Source of the DNA: a virus
Virus record (IMG/VR): IMGVR_UViG_3300034062_008235
Span: 1 to 64,000 of that record
Length of the DNA: 64,000 nucleotides
Strand: one strand, 5' to 3'
In this document: one piece after another, positions 47,481 to 56,421 of the stretch
Numbering within the stretch: the first letter of the stretch is position 1
Layout of the letters: each line of letters opens with the position of its first letter
Made by a program: the position numbers and the translations under genes
The notes under the pieces: model-generated
Told to the model about the DNA's origin: nothing
Seen by the model: only the letters and a program-made list of their open reading frames with translations
Databases searched by the model: none

Positions 47481-48728
47481 TTATTCAAAATCATCAAGAT
47501 TATAAATAAATGATTGTTTAGGAATATGTCTTTTATTATCTTTGGATAAAAACCAATGCCATCTTGTTGGATGTTCTGGAGTTACTTTGGTGCCCATTCC
47601 ATCAGTAATAATAAATACTGCTGATGGATATTTTTTGTGTTTTAATTTTTCTTTTTGAATACAATCCTCTATAATGCTAAAACAAGTACCTCCACCACCA
47701 TAAATTTTACCAGAAGACAAATCAGTTTCTTCAACTTTTGTATCGAAGCAAAATAATCTGATATTAAACTTTTCTTTTGGCAAACTATTAGCAGCTGTGA
47801 AAAATCGTTCTGCCAAATTTATACAACTTCCTGACGTATCTAAAAAGAAATAAACATCTGTTTTATTTTTACTAAGATGGAAACATTCTATTTCAGCGTT
47901 TGAAGGCAAGATAAGACCGTTGTAAAACCCACTCATTCTTCTAGATTTTCTAATCCATTGTTCTTTTTCAATGCTGGAAAAGCGTAATGTCTCAAATTGC
48001 CACTTCTTTATGATTGATTCCCATTTTTTCTTTCTCGATTTTTTAACTTTATTAATTGTCATCCAAGAGCCTTTATCAACTCCTGCATTCTTAATATTAT
48101 TGATAGCATCGCTTAATTGCTGTTTTTCAGAAGCATCCAATTGATCAATAGTTTGTTTGACAGCTTCTTCAAGCTGTTCATCTGTTAACCCTGAATGGTC
48201 ATCAACAAGTTTGCCATTACTGTCTCCATTGCCATTGCCACCTCCATTGTTTTCTTTTTGTTTTTCAATTTCATTGTAGTAAAATTCAGTGGATTCATCA
48301 TCTGGATAAGGAAACCCTAAATACTTTTTATCTTTAAAAACAGTATCAACCCAACAATACTCATTGTTTGAGTCAACATCTTCTTTGATAAAACCAAAAT
48401 CTCTCACAAGAGAATGATTTACGACAACATCCATGGCTATATTGGATATCTTATTGTCAACTCCTTCAAGAAATCTTGACCCATGTTGAAGCACAATATG
48501 CAGTGCTTCGTGGCATATAACAAACATTTTTTTATAATCATCACATTTTTCCCAAAACTTTTCATTGAAAAGAAAGTTAATAAACTTTCCTTCTTTATCA
48601 AATTGAACTGCTGCTGTAGGAATCTTATCAGTGAAAAAGGGCTTGCCCATTTCTACAATTTTGTAGAAAAGACTATGATGGCAAGCAAGCTTGTTTTTAA
48701 GCCTTTCCCAATCAGAATTAATATCCAT
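47481..48728 (-). CDS. metallopeptidase + vWA domain protein (DUF2201-like)
   Basis: IPTAAV, CHEALH, NIAMD..VN, LDTSGS, FDT, GGGT and ITDG motifs. Confidence 0.88.
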   Translation of the reverse strand: MDINSDWERLKNKLACHHSLFYKIVEMGKPFFTDKIPTAAVQFDKEGKFINFLFNEKFWEKCDDYKKMFVICHEALHIVLQHGSRFLEGVDNKISNIAMDVVVNHSLVRDFGFIKEDVDSNNEYCWVDTVFKDKKYLGFPYPDDESTEFYYNEIEKQKENNGGGNGNGDSNGKLVDDHSGLTDEQLEEAVKQTIDQLDASEKQQLSDAINNIKNAGVDKGSWMTINKVKKSRKKKWESIIKKWQFETLRFSSIEKEQWIRKSRRMSGFYNGLILPSNAEIECFHLSKNKTDVYFFLDTSGSCINLAERFFTAANSLPKEKFNIRLFCFDTKVEETDLSSGKIYGGGGTCFSIIEDCIQKEKLKHKKYPSAVFIITDGMGTKVTPEHPTRWHWFLSKDNKRHIPKQSFIYNLDDFE

Positions 48729-50118
48729 TTTGAATTCCTTTCATTACGTTGATGATCCCCAAATTTTCACATTTATTTTTGAAAACTAAGTTCTGAGTAA
48801 CCTTGACAGCAAACATTTCATCCAGTTTTACATAACATTTATTCCATACTTTTACCAATGAATCCAAATTATGCTGCTTTATAGTTGCTTCCCATTTTTC
48901 AATCACAAAGTCCACAATAAATGCTATCGTCTTTTTACAAACAACAATATCTGGATCATCTGGTAAATTTTGCAAAATAATTTTAATTCTATCGTTTTTG
49001 TTACAATTTTCTATTTGATTTATGTAATCAGCGTTTGACAAAGATTCAGCAATATCATTAGTAGCAGTTTTGCTTATACTTAAATCTTCTACACTATTAT
49101 TAGCGTAGTACGATCTTATTTTCATCAATGCCTTGGGATTAGAACCAGCAGTTAATATTTGTGTGATTACATTCTTAAACTCTTGATTACTATCTTTATT
49201 TTTTAAGATATAATCAGATATATTCAATTTTTCATCTGCAATTAATAAAGATAATTTTTCTCTTTTCAAAAGAGGAATAAAAAATTCCATGTAATTTTCA
49301 TTAAGATTAATTATTTTTATTGCTGAAGCATAATTGTTCTCAATATTTAAAAACAATTTTGCTTCTTTTATATTTTTCGTTTCGTATAATTTAGATAATT
49401 TCTTATCAATTGGTCCATTACTAATATCTTGTCTAAGTTTACCAATGTTACTATCTTTTGGTAGAATATCTTCTAGAGGAATACCTTTACTCATAAATTG
49501 CAAAGCATAATCAAGTCTTCTAGGAGATATCTGTTTTTTAATATTTTCTGGTAAATCATTCCACCAATTAATACTAGCAGCAGCTATATCGTTTCCATAC
49601 TTATTGCTAAAGTATTCTGTATCACAAGTATATGGAACAACAATTTGATTGGCATGAAAACGATCCTTATGTGCTGGATCTAACCTTTCAACATCATAAG
49701 TTCCTTGTTCATCTTCTGGATTGATAGCTGCCCAAACTACTTTCAGGTTAGGAAACTTTCTGCCATTGATTGATTTGAATTGACATAATTCAAGCAAAGC
49801 ATTTCTAATCTTACTGGGAGATCTGTTGAATTCATCAACAAAAATAGCTTGTATTTTACCTTCATCAACAAATGCTTTTGGAGGTATAATTTCAATACAT
49901 TTTTTGCCGTTATATTCAACTTCTTTGGGAATTCCGATAAAATCAACCCATGGATCAAGCGTACTTCCAGAAAAGTAAAGCCATGATTCATTTAAAACTA
50001 AGCCTTTTTCTTCAAAAGCTTGTTTTACAATAGATGTTTTACCAACACCATGTTCTCCAGTAAGAAGAACATTCATTTCACAGTCGTAGTACTTCTTTAA
50101 CCTTTCAACCAAATTCAT
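48718..50118 (-). CDS. MoxR-like AAA+ ATPase
   Basis: GEHGVGKT, FVDEFNR, AAINP and LDPAHKDRF motifs. Confidence 0.88.
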   Translation of the reverse strand: MNLVERLKKYYDCEMNVLLTGEHGVGKTSIVKQAFEEKGLVLNESWLYFSGSTLDPWVDFIGIPKEVEYNGKKCIEIIPPKAFVDEGKIQAIFVDEFNRSPSKIRNALLELCQFKSINGRKFPNLKVVWAAINPEDEQGTYDVERLDPAHKDRFHANQIVVPYTCDTEYFSNKYGNDIAAASINWWNDLPENIKKQISPRRLDYALQFMSKGIPLEDILPKDSNIGKLRQDISNGPIDKKLSKLYETKNIKEAKLFLNIENNYASAIKIINLNENYMEFFIPLLKREKLSLLIADEKLNISDYILKNKDSNQEFKNVITQILTAGSNPKALMKIRSYYANNSVEDLSISKTATNDIAESLSNADYINQIENCNKNDRIKIILQNLPDDPDIVVCKKTIAFIVDFVIEKWEATIKQHNLDSLVKVWNKCYVKLDEMFAVKVTQNLVFKNKCENLGIINVMKGIQNGY

Positions 50119-50144
50119 AGCATCCTCCTTGTTTGGATGATGCT

Positions 50145-50173
50145 ATAATAAAAAAAATTTACACGGCTGTCAA
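50145..50173 (-). promoter_or_regulatory. sigma70-type promoter overlapping an SD-sequestering hairpin
   Basis: TTGACA-N17-TATTAT; ATAGCATC/GATGCTAT stem at 50117-50146. Confidence 0.7.
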
Positions 50174-50907
50174 GTGAAGATTTGCAAATTCATACGATCA
50201 GAAATAAACACATTTTCGCCCATTTCCATGGTAAACCAAACATTGTAAATCCCAACATCTAAATCAGTTGTATCAAGCATATAGTAAGCGTAATTTTTTT
50301 CTCTATAATCAGTTGGAACATTATCAAGCACTAATCTTAAGTCTTGTTCGACAGGCACACAGTCTCCACAACTTAGTTCCATACTAATTTTTACATTTGA
50401 ATTAATAATCAAATTTTCATAATATCGACCAAGGTCGGTTCCTCTTGGAACATTAGGAGTGATCTGGCAAATAACATACTGTTTTGAACCTTTTCTGAAA
50501 CGATTAGGTCTGAAAGCAAAACTGAAATCATACACAACCGGAATTGGAGTTGTGTACCAAAGTTCTGGATAAAGATTGAATGTATTGATAATTTGGCTAA
50601 CACCTTCATTTGTTTTGAAAGTGATGTTCCATACATCTACATATTTGCCAACAGTAAACAAAGGATATTCTGCAATTAGTTCTATGTAATATTTGCCTGT
50701 TTCATCTTGATTTATATCAACAGAATTTACAGTTCTAACAAGCGTACCATTAGATATATTTTCAATTGAATCATTATCTGGAATTTTATAAATTTGAACA
50801 TTTTCAATTGACTGAACATTTGAAAATGAATTTTGATTATAAACAAATAATCTTAGAATTACTGTGTCGTCTGGAACTGGGTTCTGATATCTTTCTTTAA
50901 TAGCCAT
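50170..50907 (-). CDS. putative virion structural protein (beta-rich)
   Basis: Two GxYxxxW Ig-like segments; lies downstream of the tail chaperone. Confidence 0.55.
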   Translation of the reverse strand: MAIKERYQNPVPDDTVILRLFVYNQNSFSNVQSIENVQIYKIPDNDSIENISNGTLVRTVNSVDINQDETGKYYIELIAEYPLFTVGKYVDVWNITFKTNEGVSQIINTFNLYPELWYTTPIPVVYDFSFAFRPNRFRKGSKQYVICQITPNVPRGTDLGRYYENLIINSNVKISMELSCGDCVPVEQDLRLVLDNVPTDYREKNYAYYMLDTTDLDVGIYNVWFTMEMGENVFISDRMNLQIFT

Positions 50908-50917
50908 TTTCTATCTC

Positions 50918-51145
50918 CTACTTAGACCTTGCTGATCTAAACGCCTTTTCTTGTTCTTCTCTTTCTTTTGTCTTTTGATCAATAAACTTGTCAATAAAAT
51001 ATTTTCTTTCTGCAATTGTTAATTGCATAAAGTCTTGTTTTTTGACATGCAAGTGATAAAGAAAGAAGAACATTTCATCCATCAATGCTTGCCACAACTT
51101 CAGGCTTGGACTTAGTTCGCCTTCTTGTTCCGGGGGAAGAAAAAA
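50918..51145 (-). CDS. -1 frame extension of the tail/baseplate assembly chaperone (or separate 54 aa ORF from ATG 51082)
   Basis: Open frame FFLPPEQEGELSPSLKLWQALMDEMFFFLYHLH...ERKYFIDKFIDQK...RSK*; not in the ORF track. Confidence 0.7.
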   Translation of the reverse strand, partial: FFLPPEQEGELSPSLKLWQALMDEMFFFLYHLHVKKQDFMQLTIAERKYFIDKFIDQKTKEREEQEKAFRSARSK

Positions 51146-52155
51146 CCTGAATCCAATGGTAAATCGATTTCAAATTCTTCATTAGAATATGGAGATAAAA
51201 TTGACACGTTTGTCTCCATCCCAAAAGGAGGATTGTTAATTACATTCCTAATATAATTAACATCTTGAATAGGAAGACTCCTGATTAAAACTTTAAGTTC
51301 TTCTTTGTCTGAAATATTTTCAATATGATTAACAAGTTGAGCAATTCTAAAAGTCAAAGTGTCATCTGAAGCCATTTCTCCAAGTGACTTTAATTTTGAA
51401 TCTTTGTATTGCTGCATTTCAGTTTCATCTCTACCTCTGCCAAACCTATAACTAAATTTCAAGTTACTTTTTGGTAAAACACCTGTAAGATTGGAAATGC
51501 CAAAATTATCTGGGCACCTAGTAATCTCCAAGGTGTCTAAATCAACAGTAGTTGAAAATTGTCTATCTGTCTCTGGACAGCGCATCTGTACTTCATAATC
51601 AGTACCATAGCTAATACCACGAAGATATATAAGAATAAATGTTCTGTCTTGAGAAAGAAAATTTTCTGTTTTAAAGTTTTCTCTAATACATTTGGAAAAT
51701 ATCATATTTATAGCAATACCCTTTTTCACAAATCTCGGCGTAGCAAGAATTTGCTCCTCTTCACCAGTCATAGGACGGATATTAATAACACCATTAGCAG
51801 GTCCATCTGTGCCATCATAGAATTTACCTTTGCTTGGCAACACAATCTCTTCATAGTGAGTGCTATGCTGCTTCAGTGTATTTAAGATTGCATTTAGCTC
51901 TGGGTTATTATTCATCATAACCATGGCTGTTGCAAGATCTACTTTGTTAGGTTGATTAACATGTCCGGTGTCGCCAGACATTTGCGCTCTAAATTGTGGA
52001 GGAATATTGCCAGCAATAACACCGGGAGGCAAATTATTAAATTCTGATGCTTGTTGTCTCAAAGGATGGTTTTCAGGCAAATCAATTGACTGTTCTCTTT
52101 GTGGATTATTGTTAGGCATTGATGGTCTTTGTGGTCTAAAAATTTCATCAGACAT
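51112..52155 (-). CDS. T4 gp26-like baseplate hub / tail assembly chaperone
   Basis: LPSKGKFY, IRPMTGEEEQIL, DRTFILIYLRGISYG, CP and a C-terminal FFFP. Confidence 0.75.
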   Translation of the reverse strand: MSDEIFRPQRPSMPNNNPQREQSIDLPENHPLRQQASEFNNLPPGVIAGNIPPQFRAQMSGDTGHVNQPNKVDLATAMVMMNNNPELNAILNTLKQHSTHYEEIVLPSKGKFYDGTDGPANGVINIRPMTGEEEQILATPRFVKKGIAINMIFSKCIRENFKTENFLSQDRTFILIYLRGISYGTDYEVQMRCPETDRQFSTTVDLDTLEITRCPDNFGISNLTGVLPKSNLKFSYRFGRGRDETEMQQYKDSKLKSLGEMASDDTLTFRIAQLVNHIENISDKEELKVLIRSLPIQDVNYIRNVINNPPFGMETNVSILSPYSNEEFEIDLPLDSGFFFPRNKKAN

Positions 52156-52237
52156 TATTTCCCCTTTTTTTATTACATGGACTTGAATTTAATTTAGTGT
52201 TATTTGTTTAAAACTATATTGTATTAGGAGATTTTTT

Positions 52238-52606
52238 ATGATACAAATCGGTTTCCATAATGTTGCTGAATTAATTTTTCAAAATAATTTAGTAAAAAGT
52301 TCATTGCCAAAATATAAACATCTTTTTGATTCATGGGAATTAGCACAAAAAATTCCTCAAATGCGCAGTTTAGGAATACGATCTATTTTGGATTTCATTA
52401 ATACGATTACAGACAAGGATATAGAAGCAATATCAGAGATATTTAAATTTCCAATTGAAATTATGAAAATGGAACTTGGATCTTACAAAAATGTTATTGG
52501 AAATATTGAAGATTTTGAATTACAACTACCTCTTAATATTAATGTGAATGATATGTGCCTTTATAGAAAAGGCGACAAGATATCTGTTCTAATAACAACG
52601 GGGTGA
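52238..52606 (+). CDS. hypothetical protein
   Basis: AGGAG SD; first gene of a four-gene operon. Confidence 0.65.
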   Translation: MIQIGFHNVAELIFQNNLVKSSLPKYKHLFDSWELAQKIPQMRSLGIRSILDFINTITDKDIEAISEIFKFPIEIMKMELGSYKNVIGNIEDFELQLPLNINVNDMCLYRKGDKISVLITTG

Positions 52607-52923
52607 TTATGTTTGACATCGTTCTTTGGGTCTTTGGTTCTATTGGCATGACCAACATTATTGTTGAGTCAGATATTGGCAGAGCTTTTAAAGACTTGAT
52701 TAAGCCCTACATCTGGACGTTCCTGATGAAAGGTCTTAATTGCTATCAATGTACAGGTTTCTGGGCAGGAATGTTCACAACAACACTTATGTACGTTTTC
52801 AATGAATGGGATTGGCATAAGCTTCCTTTGATATTCCTTGGTGGATGTGCAACTAGTTTCTTCGCAACTTTCTGCGCATTTTATCAAACTTACTTAGAAG
52901 CTAACAGTATGATTTCGGATTAA
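52603..52923 (+). CDS. small membrane protein (DUF1360-like)
   Basis: Three hydrophobic helices with CYQCTGFW. Confidence 0.65.
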   Translation: MIMFDIVLWVFGSIGMTNIIVESDIGRAFKDLIKPYIWTFLMKGLNCYQCTGFWAGMFTTTLMYVFNEWDWHKLPLIFLGGCATSFFATFCAFYQTYLEANSMISD

Positions 52924-52925
52924 CA

Positions 52926-53141
52926 ATGCATACAATTTGTGATAACTGTGGTAAAAAATATCTTGAAAAAGATCTTGAGAAATTAGTAAAAATTTCAAGA
53001 TCAGAAATTCAAAATATTGTTATGGAAAAAGAAACAGATAAAGAGAAATTTGTTAAACAAAACACTCTTTATAGATGTGTAAGCTGTGGTCATGCTTTAA
53101 GGGGAAAGAAAAATGAGCGATCAAGATCAGAAACAATCTAA
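52926..53141 (+). CDS. zinc-ribbon protein
   Basis: CDNCG ... CVSCG. Confidence 0.7.
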   Translation: MHTICDNCGKKYLEKDLEKLVKISRSEIQNIVMEKETDKEKFVKQNTLYRCVSCGHALRGKKNERSRSETI

Positions 53142-53517
53142 AGCATATGTTAGCTTGATGGATATCAAAGCTGCTATGAAAGATGAAAACTTTCGTAGCA
53201 AGTTACCAGAATCATTGAATCCAGAAATTGAAAAATTTATCAACAATCCTAGTTGTTCTTGTAATGTGCCATTATACAAGAAGATTATAAAAGAAGCAAA
53301 AGATCAAGTTCTTGCTTACTTTCCGGGCAAAGAAGTCATGTCCCAAGAAGAAGAAATTGAACGCCTTTCTAAAAACAATTGGCGTGTTATCAATTGCTCA
53401 ATTGGTGACCTTGAAAAAGAAATGAAAAAACTTCCTCACGGTCGTAAACAAATAGCTATTACAAGATACGAAGATCAAGTAACAATTGTTATCAATGAAC
53501 TTGATAATTTGTATTGA
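53113..53517 (+). CDS. hypothetical protein
   Basis: 134 aa ORF with NPSCSCN. Confidence 0.65.
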   Translation: MSDQDQKQSKAYVSLMDIKAAMKDENFRSKLPESLNPEIEKFINNPSCSCNVPLYKKIIKEAKDQVLAYFPGKEVMSQEEEIERLSKNNWRVINCSIGDLEKEMKKLPHGRKQIAITRYEDQVTIVINELDNLY

Positions 53518-54285
53518 TTATATCATCGTATCATACTTTAATATTAATGTTTTTATGTTAGATAGCATTTTATTAGGATGATTTTTATGCATGCTTGGAA
53601 TCATTGGCATAAAGTCATAAATATCTCTATGAAATGCCATTTCTAAAGCTTTTTCATAATATATTTTTGCATCCATAAAAAGATTCATTTCATATAAGTA
53701 ATCTCCCCACAAGTTGATCAATTCTATAAAAGAAGGATATTTTTCAATTATAGAATTGATCAAGTCTATAAGCTCTTGATTATGATGGCTTGCTTTTAAT
53801 TTTTCAAATACATATTGATAGATTATAAATAATTCGTTTAATTCAATGTCATTAGAGAAAATATATTCTTGTAATTTTACTAACAAGTTTCCTTTGGGCA
53901 AATATAAATTACACCATTCTTCATCAAACCTTTTCACATTGGTAAAAGAACTCTTTATAAATATTTTAGAAACTTCTGGAATTTTAGCGTTGCTTCTTTT
54001 CGTCTTAACTATCCATTTATCCACAATTAGATTGTGATGAGATTTAAATATCTCTTCTTCATCCCAAAAAAGAATTTCTTCATCTGGATACAATAAGAAA
54101 AAGAATTCACCTTCATAGAACAATTCTAATTCAGGAAAAATATTTCTTTTGCTTTTTAATAAGTTCAAAGATTTAATTGTTTTGTCAAAAGTAAAAAAAG
54201 ATTTATTTGCTATATGTGAGAATTTATTCACACATATTTCTTTTTCTTCTAAAGAATCAACTATGATTGCACAATTTATTTTCAT
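53518..54285 (-). CDS. hypothetical protein with TPR-like C-terminus
   Basis: WGDYLY..DAKIYYEKALE; the N-terminus resembles a decayed GT2 (LYPDE). Confidence 0.55.
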   Translation of the reverse strand: MKINCAIIVDSLEEKEICVNKFSHIANKSFFTFDKTIKSLNLLKSKRNIFPELELFYEGEFFFLLYPDEEILFWDEEEIFKSHHNLIVDKWIVKTKRSNAKIPEVSKIFIKSSFTNVKRFDEEWCNLYLPKGNLLVKLQEYIFSNDIELNELFIIYQYVFEKLKASHHNQELIDLINSIIEKYPSFIELINLWGDYLYEMNLFMDAKIYYEKALEMAFHRDIYDFMPMIPSMHKNHPNKMLSNIKTLILKYDTMI

Positions 54286-54307
54286 AGATTCACACTATAT
54301 TTCTAAT

Positions 54308-54796
54308 ATGAGTAACCATTATCTTGATAACAAATACCTTGAAAAAAACATTATAGATTTCCAACAAGCTAAAAAGAATAAAAGAAAATATGAATTGTTT
54401 CGTCAAGATTACGAAATCCATAAAAAGAATACTGATAAAATTACCCTACAACTAGATGAGGATAAAATTATTCAAAATGAAAAAATATTAAAACAAAGTC
54501 AAGATAATTTGGCAAAAGAATTTTTCACTTTAGCAGAAAATATCGTTCGATTTAGAAATTTTCAAAAAATTGATTACGATGACGCTGTGCAAGAAGGCGT
54601 ATTTATATGTTTTTCTAAAATCGAACGGTTTGATCCACATCGTGGAAGTAAAGCATTTAATTTTTTAACCACATGCCTAATACATCACTTAAGACAAATT
54701 TACAGATCAAACAAAAATTTCGAAGAACTTAAGAAAAGATATCAAGAATTTTACTTTGCAAAGATAAGTAGAGAAATTCCTATTAAAAGAATTTGA
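54308..54796 (+). CDS. gp55-like late-transcription sigma factor
   Basis: HYLDNK, DDAVQEG and RFDP..SKAFNFLTT, matching the gp55 pattern. Confidence 0.8.
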   Translation: MSNHYLDNKYLEKNIIDFQQAKKNKRKYELFRQDYEIHKKNTDKITLQLDEDKIIQNEKILKQSQDNLAKEFFTLAENIVRFRNFQKIDYDDAVQEGVFICFSKIERFDPHRGSKAFNFLTTCLIHHLRQIYRSNKNFEELKKRYQEFYFAKISREIPIKRI

Positions 54797-54864
54797 TTTT
54801 AATTCAATTTGATGTATATTTAAATTTAGCTTACTAAGCTAACTTTGATTTTTAGGAGATTTAT

Positions 54865-55140
54865 ATGAAGAATAGGTTTTTAGAAAGTATCGAAAACGGA
54901 GAACTTCTTACCATTCTTGAAAAAAGTTATCTTAAAGAAAAAATTGGTTTGTTGCTTTCAAACGAGAACCTAGTTTATACTAAAAAAGGCAGACTTAATA
55001 AGTCTGGCGCTTGTCGAATTCTTAGTATGAAAAATAAAGAATTAGAAACATTTCTTGAAGAATGTCGTAAGGTTCTTGAAGTAGATCAATTTCTCGAACC
55101 AGATGAATATAAAAAATTACAAGAAGATAATGGCGAATAA
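54865..55140 (+). CDS. small hypothetical protein, possible HTH
   Basis: GRLNKSGACRIL; AGGAG SD. Confidence 0.6.
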   Translation: MKNRFLESIENGELLTILEKSYLKEKIGLLLSNENLVYTKKGRLNKSGACRILSMKNKELETFLEECRKVLEVDQFLEPDEYKKLQEDNGE

Positions 55141-55722
55141 CTAAGGCATCATATATGATGATGCTAAATTTATTAATCTCCTGCTGCATGGTTCCCAATA
55201 TGCTCTATCATATCTGATATCCATTACCACTCTCATAGGCTGATCAGATGTCATATCAGTGCCACCAAAGTCAACAGAAGATGGATATGCATTTACATAA
55301 TTCCATGCCTCTAAAGCAAAACCGCAACCATCTAACATAAATATTTGTATGTCTCTTTTAAAATTGTTAGCGATGGCACCAAAATAACTCGCACCCGTTT
55401 GACCTCTAAAAGCATTTCTTTGTACCGAGTAAATCGAATTAATCCAATTCAAAGCAGGATTAGTTGCAGCTACATCATACAATGTTACTTGAATAGGCTT
55501 CCACTCAGGCTTAGCAGCATAAAACACAGTTTCCATTAAATGTGGGACATCAAATTCTTTAAAAGACACACTAGGTCTAGCAGCTTTTTCTTCTATTAAA
55601 ACTTTATTGTAAACACGGGTTGAACTATTTCCAACATGCGTGACATTAGGAATATGTAACACAAAACGGTTTTGCTTCTTAAATGTAGTATAAGAAGCAA
55701 AACCTACACCCATCTTAGGCAT
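55141..55722 (-). CDS. tail tube protein paralog (gp19-like)
   Basis: KQNRF, RPSVSF, WKPIQVTLYD, W...AYPSSVDFG and IRYD motifs. Confidence 0.8.
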   Translation of the reverse strand: MPKMGVGFASYTTFKKQNRFVLHIPNVTHVGNSSTRVYNKVLIEEKAARPSVSFKEFDVPHLMETVFYAAKPEWKPIQVTLYDVAATNPALNWINSIYSVQRNAFRGQTGASYFGAIANNFKRDIQIFMLDGCGFALEAWNYVNAYPSSVDFGGTDMTSDQPMRVVMDIRYDRAYWEPCSRRLINLASSYMMP

Positions 55723-55737
55723 AATCGATTTTATCCT

Positions 55738-56397
55738 TTATAAATTAGCACCCAAACCAGTACCGCAAACAGGAGTGTTGCACAATTCAGGAGCAGCTGT
55801 TGCACAATTGTTTTCATACTTAGCATATGAATATCTAAGAGTCATAACAATATTACATTCAGCAGATTCACTATAATCAAGGTCACCAAAGTCGATACTC
55901 TTGGGCCAACAGTTTACTAAAGTCCACGTTTCTAAAACATAGCCACAACCATCAAGAAGAATAAGCTTGCCTGTTCCACCATAGCCAAAACCAGCACCAG
56001 TTGGATCTGTAGCGTAGCTTCTTTGAGTTGCAGATATTTCTGTCGAATTAGCAACGCCGTTCGCTGGAGCAGCAAAGTTATAAACTCTATTGACCCATCT
56101 TAAAAGATTTGAAATAGTTGGATCACCGGGAACAGCAACATCATAGTAAGTGAATTCTAGTTCACTAAATGTTGCTTTTCCGGGAAGCCAAGTCTTACCA
56201 TTTAGAAAATTGATTTCAGCACTATCATCGATTTCTATTGATGGTCTTTTTGCTGATTTTACATATTTACCAGAAACACCAAAACTGTTAGGACCACCAC
56301 CACCGATATTTTCAACAGAAAACACCCAACGGTATTTTCGTTTAAAAGCTACGTTGTTTAGCGCCCCAATGCCCATATTATTGATTGTATTAGCCAT
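55738..56397 (-). CDS. tail tube protein (gp19-like)
   Basis: KRKYRW, RPSI, LPGK, WTLVNCWPKSIDFGDLDY and LRY; follows the sheath gene. Confidence 0.88.
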   Translation of the reverse strand: MANTINNMGIGALNNVAFKRKYRWVFSVENIGGGGPNSFGVSGKYVKSAKRPSIEIDDSAEINFLNGKTWLPGKATFSELEFTYYDVAVPGDPTISNLLRWVNRVYNFAAPANGVANSTEISATQRSYATDPTGAGFGYGGTGKLILLDGCGYVLETWTLVNCWPKSIDFGDLDYSESAECNIVMTLRYSYAKYENNCATAAPELCNTPVCGTGLGANL

Positions 56398-56421
56398 TAA
56401 TCCTCCCTTGTTTTTCTTTAA

